Positions 19,131 through 27,298 of a stretch of 64,000 nucleotides of DNA are shown piece by piece. The stretch's first letter is position 1, and the number at the start of each line of letters is the position of its first letter. Origin of the DNA: Armatimonadota bacterium (GTDB taxonomy: Bacteria; Armatimonadota; UBA5829); contig JBDKUO010000009.1 of NCBI GenBank assembly GCA_039679645.1, forward strand, positions 7,168-71,167, given 5' to 3'. The notes below the pieces were generated by a model. That model did no database searches. It was not told the origin of the DNA and worked only from the letters and a program-made list of their open reading frames with translations. The position numbers and the translations under genes were made by a program.

Positions 19131-19367
19131 TCCATGTCCTCCAGTGTGGCAGCATCAACCTCCAGGTAAGGATACCTGGAGGTATAGAAAAAGCGAGTTA
19201 ACGGTTTGCGATTGACAGTCATCGGTTTCCGATGATGACCGGATACTGCATAACAAAAAGACCTTGCGTCCAAAAAACAGAGCGCAAAGGTCTCGCTTAG
19301 CCAATCATAGCCGACGCTTCCCATTGTTACTACATTTAATTATAGAGCGAGACGAGGATAAGAGCAA
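19131..19367 (-). promoter_or_regulatory. promoter plus ~200-nt structured leader of the UPF0016 gene
   Basis: On the minus strand: TTGCTC (19367-19362), 17 nt, TATAAT (19344-19339). The leader contains a terminator-like hairpin GACCUUUGCG..CGCAAGGUC followed by UUUUUGUU (19250-19295). It also has a second hairpin and the CCUCCAGG/CCUGGAGG palindrome (19159-19182) just 5' of the SD GGAGGAC-AUG. Confidence 0.5.
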
Positions 19368-19455
19368 ACAGCATGACGACGTATAATCTTTCATCCTGCG
19401 CGCAGACTGTGATGTGATATAATATTTTTTATATTAGAACTTCAGGGTCATCAAA

Positions 19456-21192
19456 TTGAGCAGCAGTCAGCGATCAAAACTTCTCATATCAGCCCTATTG
19501 GTATTGGTGACGGGCATCGTATATGGACAGGTAGCCGGTTTTGGATTCCTCAACTATGATGATAACTTGTATGTCATCATCAACCGCCATATAGTCGGCC
19601 TTACCGTCCAAAACCTGCGATGGGCCGCAACCGGGGTAATAAACAGCAACTGGCAGCCGCTTGTATGGCTGTCATATATGTTCGATTCGCAAATAGCCGG
19701 ACTTGATCCCGGAATCTTTCACCTCACCAACCTGATGCTGCATATCGCAAACACTCTGCTCCTGCTCTTCCTATTGCACCGGATGACCGGCTCGCTGTGG
19801 CGCAGCTCATTTGTGGCAGCCCTGTTTGCGCTGCACCCGCTGCATGTGGAGTCCGTAGCATGGGTTGCCGAGCGCAAAGATGTACTCAGCACTCTCTTCT
19901 GGCTGCTCACCATTCTCCTTTACGTTCGATATGTCGAAAAGCCGTCTTTGGGCAGATACGTTTGGGTGCCCGTTGTCTTTGCCCTCGGCCTTATGGCTAA
20001 GCCCATGTTGGTCACGCTGCCGATCATTCTGCTTCTGCTCGATTACTGGCCGCTTGGCAGGCTTCAGAGCAAACAGATAATCACTCAGCAAAAGCCTAAC
20101 AGTAATGATTCCACACCGGTTCCGTTGAGGCAGCTTATCATGGAAAAAGTGCCGCTGCTGCTGCTTTCGACAGCTGTGGGGATTGTGACGGTAATAACGC
20201 AAAAGTCGAGCGGAGCGATTAAGGAACTTGGTATATTCTCGATGGGAGTAAGAACGGCGAATGCCGTGTTCAGCTACATTGCATACCTCTGTAAGACAAT
20301 ATGGCCGACTAATCTTGCGCCTTTTTATCCGCATCCCGAAAACTCACTGCCGACGTGGGAGGTCGCGGGCAGCGCAATTCTCGTTATTGCTATAACATGG
20401 TTTGTCGCACGGTCTCGACGGCACCCCTATGCGCTGGTCGGCTGGCTTTGGTATCTGATTACGCTGCTGCCCGTGATCGGACTGGTCCAGGTCGGAGCAC
20501 AGGCAATGGCCGACAGGTACACATATGTCCCTATGATAGGGATCGGCATAATGATCGCGTGGGGCATTCCGAGCATTATTCCACAAAGACAGTATAAAGC
20601 AATTGCGGTGCTTGCCATCGGAGTAATCGCAGCTTTTTCGATATGCACGTATCAGCAGGTCGGGTATTGGCGTAATGACACTACGCTGTTCAGCCATTCG
20701 GTCGAAGTTGTAAAAGACAACTTCGTAGCGCACAACAACCTCGGAACGGTGCTGCTGCTTAGAGGTAAAAATGAAGCAGCGTTAGCGCACTTCCGTGAGG
20801 CGGCGCGAATCGAACCCAGGTGCATGCGCGCTCAGTTTAATGTAATCAATCTGTTATACATCATGGGCGACGTGGATGGAGCCATTAAACAGACATATAA
20901 CCTGCTTAATCGCTTTCCACACGAAGGACGCGCATACTTAAGGCTCGGCATTATATACCTCAGGCAATCAAAGCTGGACCTTGCGGAAAAGAACATCAGG
21001 CAGGCGCTGCGCGAATCCCCCGACGATCCCAAGGCTCATCAAGCTATGGGAATGCTGCTTCTTAAAAGAGGAAAAGCCGACGAGGCCGTTATTAGGCTAT
21101 CGGAGGCTGCCAAGCTTTCGCCGGACGACACCGACATACGAAAAAGGCTCAAATATGCGAAATCGCTGAAAGCTCGCAAGGCTGCAGACTAA
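19456..21192 (+). CDS. GT-C-fold membrane glycosyltransferase (TMTC/PMT-like, DUF1736-type) with C-terminal TPR domain, paralogue 1 of 4
   Basis: 578 aa, TTG start. The polytopic N-domain carries NYDD, FHLTNLMLHIANTLLL and HPLHVESVAWVAERKDVLSTLFWLL. The C-terminal ~170 aa form TPR repeats ending YAKSLKA. Confidence 0.75.
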   Translation: MSSSQRSKLLISALLVLVTGIVYGQVAGFGFLNYDDNLYVIINRHIVGLTVQNLRWAATGVINSNWQPLVWLSYMFDSQIAGLDPGIFHLTNLMLHIANTLLLLFLLHRMTGSLWRSSFVAALFALHPLHVESVAWVAERKDVLSTLFWLLTILLYVRYVEKPSLGRYVWVPVVFALGLMAKPMLVTLPIILLLLDYWPLGRLQSKQIITQQKPNSNDSTPVPLRQLIMEKVPLLLLSTAVGIVTVITQKSSGAIKELGIFSMGVRTANAVFSYIAYLCKTIWPTNLAPFYPHPENSLPTWEVAGSAILVIAITWFVARSRRHPYALVGWLWYLITLLPVIGLVQVGAQAMADRYTYVPMIGIGIMIAWGIPSIIPQRQYKAIAVLAIGVIAAFSICTYQQVGYWRNDTTLFSHSVEVVKDNFVAHNNLGTVLLLRGKNEAALAHFREAARIEPRCMRAQFNVINLLYIMGDVDGAIKQTYNLLNRFPHEGRAYLRLGIIYLRQSKLDLAEKNIRQALRESPDDPKAHQAMGMLLLKRGKADEAVIRLSEAAKLSPDDTDIRKRLKYAKSLKARKAAD

Positions 21193-21194
21193 AA

Positions 21195-22958
21195 ATGAAG
21201 TTGAACACCAGCAGGCAGACGACTATTATTATATGCGCTCTCCTTGTAATCCTGACAAGCATTGTATATTGCCAGGTGGCCGGCTTCAAGTTTCTGGTAT
21301 ATGACGACCCGCTGTATGTAGTCAATAACCCCAAAATTAATGGCCTTACTGCCTCTAACTTAAGCTGGGCTATAAAAGGAGTGGTAAACAGCAATTGGCA
21401 GCCGCTGGTATGGCTGTCATACATGCTCGATTCGCAAATCGGCGGGGTCGATTCGGGAGTATTTCATCTCACAAACCTGTTACTGCACATAGCCAATACG
21501 CTGCTTCTGCTTTATCTGCTCAAGCGAATGACCGGCTCATTATGGCGAAGCGCGTTTGTGGCGGCGATATTTGCGCTTCATCCGCTGCATGTGGAGTCTG
21601 TCGCTTGGATTTCGGAACGCAAAGACGTGCTCAGCACGCTATTCTGGCTGCTGACTATGCTGGTCTACATTCGGTATGCCGAAAAACCGAGTTTGCGGCG
21701 GTATGTTCTGGTGCCGATGGTCTTTGCCCTCGGCCTTATGGCAAAACCCATGCTGGTCACGCTGCCGGTCATTCTGCTTCTGCTCGACTACTGGCCTCTT
21801 GGCAGGCTGGGGACTAAGCAAGATATCGCAGGGCAAAAAACGAGCATCAAAGAATATCCGAAAACCCCATTGAAAAACCTTATATATGAGAAGCTGCCAT
21901 TATTTGCGCTTGCGTTTGCTGTGGGGATCGTGACCATATTGACTCAGAAGGCAAGCGGCGCAATGCAGGAACTCGACAAGTATCCTTTTGGTGTGAGGGC
22001 GGCAAACTCGGCTTTCAGTTGTGTGACATACCTGAGGAAGATGCTCTGGCCGAGTGATCTTGCGGCATTTTATCCGCATCCCAAAAACTCGCTGCCGTCC
22101 TGGCAGGTAGTGGTCTGTGTAATGCTGATCGCTGCTCTGACCTGGCTCGCCGCACGCGCAAGACGACATCCGTATGTGCTGGTCGGCTGGCTCTGGTATT
22201 TAATTGCGCTGCTGCCTGTAATTGGGTTAATTCAGGTCGGCATGCAGGCAATGGCAGATAGATATGCATATATCCCTATGATCGGGATCGCTGTAGTGGT
22301 CGCGTGGACTGTACCTGACCTGGTCTACAAAAACACAAATCCGAATAAGCGCAGGATCGGTATTGTAGCGTCCGCCGCGATCATTGCAATTGCCGCCTTT
22401 ACAATCTGCACGTATTATCAGATAGGCTACTGGCGCGATAATGCGGCGCTGTTTGGTCATGCGATAGAGATTATTCCAAACAACTACACTGCGCACAACG
22501 ACCTAGGAGTGGCGCTGATGTATCGCGGAGAAAACCAGGCCGCTCTGGAACAGTTTCGCGAGGCAGTGCGGATCGAACCGGGCTGTTTGCGCGCTCAATA
22601 TAACCTTATCAATCAGTTGTATATCATGGGCGATACAGACGGAGCTATAAAGCAAACACATACTCTGCTTAGGAGCTTCCCTCATGAAGGACGCGCTTAC
22701 TTAAGGCTCGGCATAATGTATCTTCGGCAGTCCAAACTAGAGCCTGCGGAAAAGTATATAAGGCAGGCGCTGCGCGAATCCCCGAACGATGCCAAGGCTC
22801 ATCAAGCGATGGGAATGCTGCTTCTTAAGCAGGGAAAGATCGACGAGGCCATTATTAGGCTATCGGAGGCTGCAAAACTCTCGCCGGGAGACCCAAATAT
22901 TAATAAGAGGCTTATATACGCGCAATCGCTGAAAGCTCGGAGCAAAGCAACCAGATGA
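21195..22958 (+). CDS. GT-C-fold membrane glycosyltransferase (TMTC/PMT-like) with TPR domain, paralogue 2 of 4
   Basis: 587 aa, starting 2 nt after the stop of paralogue 1. It has the same motif set (VYDD, FHLTNLLLHIANTLLL, HPLHVESVAWISERKDVLSTLFWLL). Its TPR domain is nearly identical to that of paralogue 1. Confidence 0.75.
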   Translation: MKLNTSRQTTIIICALLVILTSIVYCQVAGFKFLVYDDPLYVVNNPKINGLTASNLSWAIKGVVNSNWQPLVWLSYMLDSQIGGVDSGVFHLTNLLLHIANTLLLLYLLKRMTGSLWRSAFVAAIFALHPLHVESVAWISERKDVLSTLFWLLTMLVYIRYAEKPSLRRYVLVPMVFALGLMAKPMLVTLPVILLLLDYWPLGRLGTKQDIAGQKTSIKEYPKTPLKNLIYEKLPLFALAFAVGIVTILTQKASGAMQELDKYPFGVRAANSAFSCVTYLRKMLWPSDLAAFYPHPKNSLPSWQVVVCVMLIAALTWLAARARRHPYVLVGWLWYLIALLPVIGLIQVGMQAMADRYAYIPMIGIAVVVAWTVPDLVYKNTNPNKRRIGIVASAAIIAIAAFTICTYYQIGYWRDNAALFGHAIEIIPNNYTAHNDLGVALMYRGENQAALEQFREAVRIEPGCLRAQYNLINQLYIMGDTDGAIKQTHTLLRSFPHEGRAYLRLGIMYLRQSKLEPAEKYIRQALRESPNDAKAHQAMGMLLLKQGKIDEAIIRLSEAAKLSPGDPNINKRLIYAQSLKARSKATR

Positions 22959-24730
22959 AGCTAAAAAGCCCAAAATATAAATCCGGCAGTCATACTACAT
23001 TTTTCATATGCATTCTGCTTATAGTTCTGACATCTGCAGTATACTGGCAGGTTACCGGGTTCAAATTGCTGTCTTTTGACGACACAAAGTTTGTCACCAA
23101 CAACTCGCATATAAAGGGCCTGACGGGACCGAATCTGCGATGGGCCATGACCGGATCCATAAACGGCAACTGGCAGCCGGTTATCTGGCTCTCATATATG
23201 CTGGATGCGCAGTTTCATGGGCTCGATGCCGGAGCATTTCATCTCACTAACCTGATACTGCATATAGCCAATACGCTGCTATTACTGCTCCTGCTTTATC
23301 GAATGACCGGCTCACTCTGGAAAAGTGCGTTTGTAGCGGCGGTATTTGCGCTGCATCCGCTGCATGTGGAATCGGTCGCGTGGATATCAGAGCGCAAAGA
23401 CGTGCTCAGCACTCTCTTTTGGCTGCTCACTATGCTGGCCTATATTCGATATGCAAAAAAGCCGAGTTTACGAAGGTATATTCCGGTGCCGATAGTCTTT
23501 GCACTTGGACTAATGGCTAAGCCTATGCTGGTAACGCTGCCTGTCATACTGCTTCTGCTGGATTACTGGCCTCTGGGCAGGCTGCAGATCAAGAAAAATG
23601 CAACACAAGACGCCAAAACTACCAAGCTGAAACACGCGATAAGTGAAACCCCGCCCGCGTCGCTGAAACTGCTTGTTCTGGAAAAAGCGCCGCTGGTTTT
23701 ACTTGCGCTGGGAGCTTCGATTGTAACCATACTTACTCAAAGATCAAGCGGCGCAATGGATGAATTTAACATCTACCCACTTGGCATGCGAGCAGCAAAT
23801 GCAGTATTCAGTTATATCGTCTATCTCAGAAAGATGATTTGGCCGAATGACCTCATCGCGTTTTATCCGCATCCGGAAGGCACACTGCCGGTCTGGATGG
23901 TGTTGGGAAGTGTGATTCTGATTGCTGTTCTGACGTGGCAAGCAATTCGATCTCACAGATACCCGTATGCATTATTCGGCTGGCTGTGGTATCTGATCAC
24001 TCTTATACCTGTGATCGGGCTGGTACAGGTCGGCGCACAGGCTATGGCCGATAGATACACATACATCCCTATGATCGGGATCAGTATTATTATCGCCTGG
24101 GGCGTGCCGGACCTATTACATAACAGGAACAAGCCCGGGCGCAGCGTTGCGTTCGCTGCAATCGCAGTAATTATCACGCTCACAGTATGCACTTATCGGC
24201 AGGTCGGCTACTGGCACGATGATATTGCACTTTTTAGCCATGCTATTGATGTTGTCCCAAATAATGCTCCGGCACATAACAATCTCGGTGGAGAATACTA
24301 CAGGCAGGGAAATGTGGACGCCGCCGAGTTACAGTTTCGCGAGGCAGTGCGTATTAATCCACGGTTTGATGGATTTCAGCACAACCTTGCTTCGCTGCTG
24401 TATGAGCAAGGACGTTATGACGAACTGGCGACTTGCCTGCACAAGGCTCTGAAATTCTTCCCTGAAGACGACCAAGCTCACGCGTTGCTCGGCATAATAT
24501 ATATACAGCAATCCAAGCTCGATCTTGCAAAAATTCACCTTAGAAAAGCTGTCAGACTGAAACCGACTAACTCTATGGCACAAGGATTTCTGGGGGGATT
24601 GTTGACCAGGACAGGTGAAATTGATGAGGCTATCGACCATCTGTCTAAAGCAGTGGAGCTTTCACCCGAAAATGAAAATTACCGGGACGGGTTGGAATAC
24701 GCAAAATCAATAAAGCTCAAAGTGGATTAG
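22955..24730 (+). CDS. GT-C-fold membrane glycosyltransferase (TMTC/PMT-like) with TPR domain, paralogue 3 of 4
   Basis: 591 aa with an ATGA start/stop overlap with paralogue 2. It has SFDD plus the same membrane-domain motifs. Its TPR domain diverges from those of paralogues 1 and 2. Confidence 0.75.
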   Translation: MKLKSPKYKSGSHTTFFICILLIVLTSAVYWQVTGFKLLSFDDTKFVTNNSHIKGLTGPNLRWAMTGSINGNWQPVIWLSYMLDAQFHGLDAGAFHLTNLILHIANTLLLLLLLYRMTGSLWKSAFVAAVFALHPLHVESVAWISERKDVLSTLFWLLTMLAYIRYAKKPSLRRYIPVPIVFALGLMAKPMLVTLPVILLLLDYWPLGRLQIKKNATQDAKTTKLKHAISETPPASLKLLVLEKAPLVLLALGASIVTILTQRSSGAMDEFNIYPLGMRAANAVFSYIVYLRKMIWPNDLIAFYPHPEGTLPVWMVLGSVILIAVLTWQAIRSHRYPYALFGWLWYLITLIPVIGLVQVGAQAMADRYTYIPMIGISIIIAWGVPDLLHNRNKPGRSVAFAAIAVIITLTVCTYRQVGYWHDDIALFSHAIDVVPNNAPAHNNLGGEYYRQGNVDAAELQFREAVRINPRFDGFQHNLASLLYEQGRYDELATCLHKALKFFPEDDQAHALLGIIYIQQSKLDLAKIHLRKAVRLKPTNSMAQGFLGGLLTRTGEIDEAIDHLSKAVELSPENENYRDGLEYAKSIKLKVD

Positions 24731-24735
24731 GTCTG

Positions 24736-26535
24736 ATGAAACTGGGCAGTCACAATAAAACGTTTCTTCTGATATCCGTTCTGCTGGTAATTGTAACCGG
24801 TATCGTATACCGGCAGGTGACCGATTGCAAGTTCCTGGCCTTCGACGATCCGGGGTTTGTCACCAACAACCCGCATATTAAGGGCCTGACGGGACCGAAT
24901 CTGCGATGGGCCATGACCGGAGTGGTAAACGGCAACTGGCAGCCTGTAATCTGGCTCTCGTATATGCTGGACGCGCAGTTTCATGGGCTCGACGCCGGAG
25001 CATTTCATCTCACTAACCTGATACTGCATATAGCCAATACGCTGCTGTTACTACTTCTGCTTTATCGGATGACAGGATCACTCTGGAAAAGTGCGTTTGT
25101 GACGGCGGTGTTTGCGCTGCACCCGCTGCATGTGGAATCGGTCGCGTGGGTATCCGAACGCAAAGACGTGCTCAGCACTCTCTTTTGGCTGCTCACTATG
25201 CTGGCTTATATTCGATATGCTAAAAAACCGCGTTTTCGACGATATGTATGGGTGCTGGTAGCATTTGCTCTAGGTCTTGCAGCTAAACCAATGCTGGTGA
25301 CGCTGCCGATAATACTGCTTCTGCTGGACTACTGGCCTTTGGGCAGGATGCAGTTCAATAAAAATGTAAAACCTGATTCCAAAGTAAATAAGCAAAAACA
25401 GAGTATTGATAAGTCGCCGTCGGTGCCGTTGAAGTTGCTTGTATTGGAAAAATTACCGCTGATAGTATTGGCATTGGGCGCATCAGTTGTAACCGTGTTG
25501 ACTCAGAGATTATGCGGCACGGTACAAAAAATTGATACATATCCGATCGGAGTAAGGGCAGCAAACGCGGCTTTCAGTTATGTCGTATATCTTAGGAAAA
25601 TGATATGGCCGAGTGACCTTACCACATTCTACCCGCACCCAGGCGCCTCACTTGCACTTTGGCAGGTCCTGGGAAGCGCGGCCCTGGTAATTGCCCTGAC
25701 ATGGCTTATAGCGCGATCTCGCAGACAACCTTATGCAATAGTCGGGTGGATGTGGTATTTGATAACGCTTGTGCCTGTGATCGGGCTGGTTCAGGTCGGC
25801 GCACAGGCGATGGCGGACAGATACACATACATCCCTATGATAGGGATCGCAATTTTGATCGCATGGTCCGTGCCGGACATTCTCCTTCGAAATAGGGAAA
25901 GTTCAATTAAGCACAAAAGAGTCAGCCGTGGTAAAGCAGGTATGGCTCCGGTTGCATTTATTGCAATCGCCGCTATCGCCGCGCTCGCAGTCTGCACGTA
26001 TCGACAGGTCGGCTACTGGCAAGACGACTTCGCGCTGTTTAATCAAAATACTAAAATCGTCGGCAGGAACAGCTTGGCGAACGAAATCATTGGCAACGCA
26101 TATTACAAACAGGGGAAACTAGACATAGCAGAGCAGCATTTTCGTGAGGCTATAAGTATCTTGCCTGATTATTTCGACGCGCGACAAAGTCTTGCTTCAA
26201 TGCTGATAAAACAACAACGATACGAAGAAGCGGAAAGCTTCCTGAACGAAACACTGAAGTATTATCCAAATAACGCCCAAGCCCACATGCAGTTGGGCCT
26301 CGCATACTTAGAACTGGCCAAGTTGGATTCGGCTCAGGAACATCTTTGCGAGGCTATTAGGATAAGACCACGCAAAGCTATGGCACATGAAATCCTTGGT
26401 ATTGTGCTGGTTAAAAAGGGAAAAATCGACGAAGCGATAGAGCATTTATCAAAGGCAGTGGAGATATCTCCCGATAATGCAGGATTCCAGGAAGGTCTTG
26501 CATACGCCAAATCACTTAAGCTCGGGAAACAATGA
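24736..26535 (+). CDS. GT-C-fold membrane glycosyltransferase (TMTC/PMT-like) with TPR domain, paralogue 4 of 4
   Basis: 599 aa with AFDD plus the same motifs. The first ~170 aa are almost identical to paralogue 3, including at DNA level. Its TPR domain differs from all three others. Confidence 0.75.
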   Translation: MKLGSHNKTFLLISVLLVIVTGIVYRQVTDCKFLAFDDPGFVTNNPHIKGLTGPNLRWAMTGVVNGNWQPVIWLSYMLDAQFHGLDAGAFHLTNLILHIANTLLLLLLLYRMTGSLWKSAFVTAVFALHPLHVESVAWVSERKDVLSTLFWLLTMLAYIRYAKKPRFRRYVWVLVAFALGLAAKPMLVTLPIILLLLDYWPLGRMQFNKNVKPDSKVNKQKQSIDKSPSVPLKLLVLEKLPLIVLALGASVVTVLTQRLCGTVQKIDTYPIGVRAANAAFSYVVYLRKMIWPSDLTTFYPHPGASLALWQVLGSAALVIALTWLIARSRRQPYAIVGWMWYLITLVPVIGLVQVGAQAMADRYTYIPMIGIAILIAWSVPDILLRNRESSIKHKRVSRGKAGMAPVAFIAIAAIAALAVCTYRQVGYWQDDFALFNQNTKIVGRNSLANEIIGNAYYKQGKLDIAEQHFREAISILPDYFDARQSLASMLIKQQRYEEAESFLNETLKYYPNNAQAHMQLGLAYLELAKLDSAQEHLCEAIRIRPRKAMAHEILGIVLVKKGKIDEAIEHLSKAVEISPDNAGFQEGLAYAKSLKLGKQ

Positions 26536-26536
26536 T

Positions 26537-27295
26537 ATGTTTCAGAATAAAAAAGTAGTTGTAGTAATGCCGGCGTATAATGCCTCCGAAACTCTGCGCA
26601 AGACACATGATGAAATCCTGGCTCAGGGCGTTGTGGACCTGGTAATAGTGGTCGATGACGCGAGCAATGACGAGACTGTTGAGATCGCCCGAACTCTGCC
26701 GAACACTGTTGTCATGGTGCATGAGAAAAACAAGGGATACGGGGCAAACCAAAAGACATGTTACAGGCTTGCGCTTGAAGAAGGCGGCGACATCATAATC
26801 ATGGTCCACCCGGACTACCAGTATACGCCCAAGCTGATACCCGCTATGGCATGCCTCATAGGAAATGGACTCTATAGCTGCGTCATTGGGTCGCGCATAC
26901 TGGGAGGCCATCAGCGTGCAATAAAGCAGGGCATGCCCATCTGGAAATATGCAGCCAACCGTTTCTTGACTGCGACTGAAAACGTAATGATGGGAGTCAA
27001 ACTTTCAGAGTACCACACCGGCTACCGGGCTTTTTCAGCCGAACTGCTCAGAGAATTGCCGCTGGAGAAAAACTCGGACGACTTTGTGTTTGACAACCAG
27101 ATGCTTGCGCAGATTATCTGGCTTGGTTACCAGATAGGCGAGATAAGCTGCCCGACCAAATATTTCCCCGAGGCTTCGTCCATCAACTTCAGAAGAAGCG
27201 TGGTCTACGGCTTCGGCTGCCTGCGAACTGCCGCTGAGTTTCTTTTGACAAAGCTCGGCATCATAAGGGCCGGTTATCTGCCTGATAGGAAGTAG
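26537..27295 (+). CDS. GT2 glycosyltransferase, DPM1/GtrB-like (candidate polyprenyl-phosphate hexose synthase)
   Basis: The ATG at 26537 lies 1 nt after the stop of paralogue 4; the ORF-track upstream extension overlaps that gene. Motifs: VVVVMPAYNASETL, VIVVDDASNDET, GYGANQK, IIMVHPDYQY, plus an amphipathic C-terminus. No TM segment was seen. Confidence 0.8.
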   Translation: MFQNKKVVVVMPAYNASETLRKTHDEILAQGVVDLVIVVDDASNDETVEIARTLPNTVVMVHEKNKGYGANQKTCYRLALEEGGDIIIMVHPDYQYTPKLIPAMACLIGNGLYSCVIGSRILGGHQRAIKQGMPIWKYAANRFLTATENVMMGVKLSEYHTGYRAFSAELLRELPLEKNSDDFVFDNQMLAQIIWLGYQIGEISCPTKYFPEASSINFRRSVVYGFGCLRTAAEFLLTKLGIIRAGYLPDRK

Positions 27296-27298
27296 AAT

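Noticed and set aside
19131-19340. Canonical yybP-ykoY Mn2+ riboswitch upstream of the UPF0016 gene
   Set aside because: Only a weak resemblance to the two conserved halves was found, and the intervening sequence is too short for the P2-P4 helices. I keep it as a generic structured-leader finding rather than calling the riboswitch.
3945-19455. Possibility that the recurring hairpin repeats are a CRISPR array
   Set aside because: The repeats belong to several different families. They are scattered one to three per spacer between genes and are not regularly spaced with unique spacers. No cas genes are present in the window.
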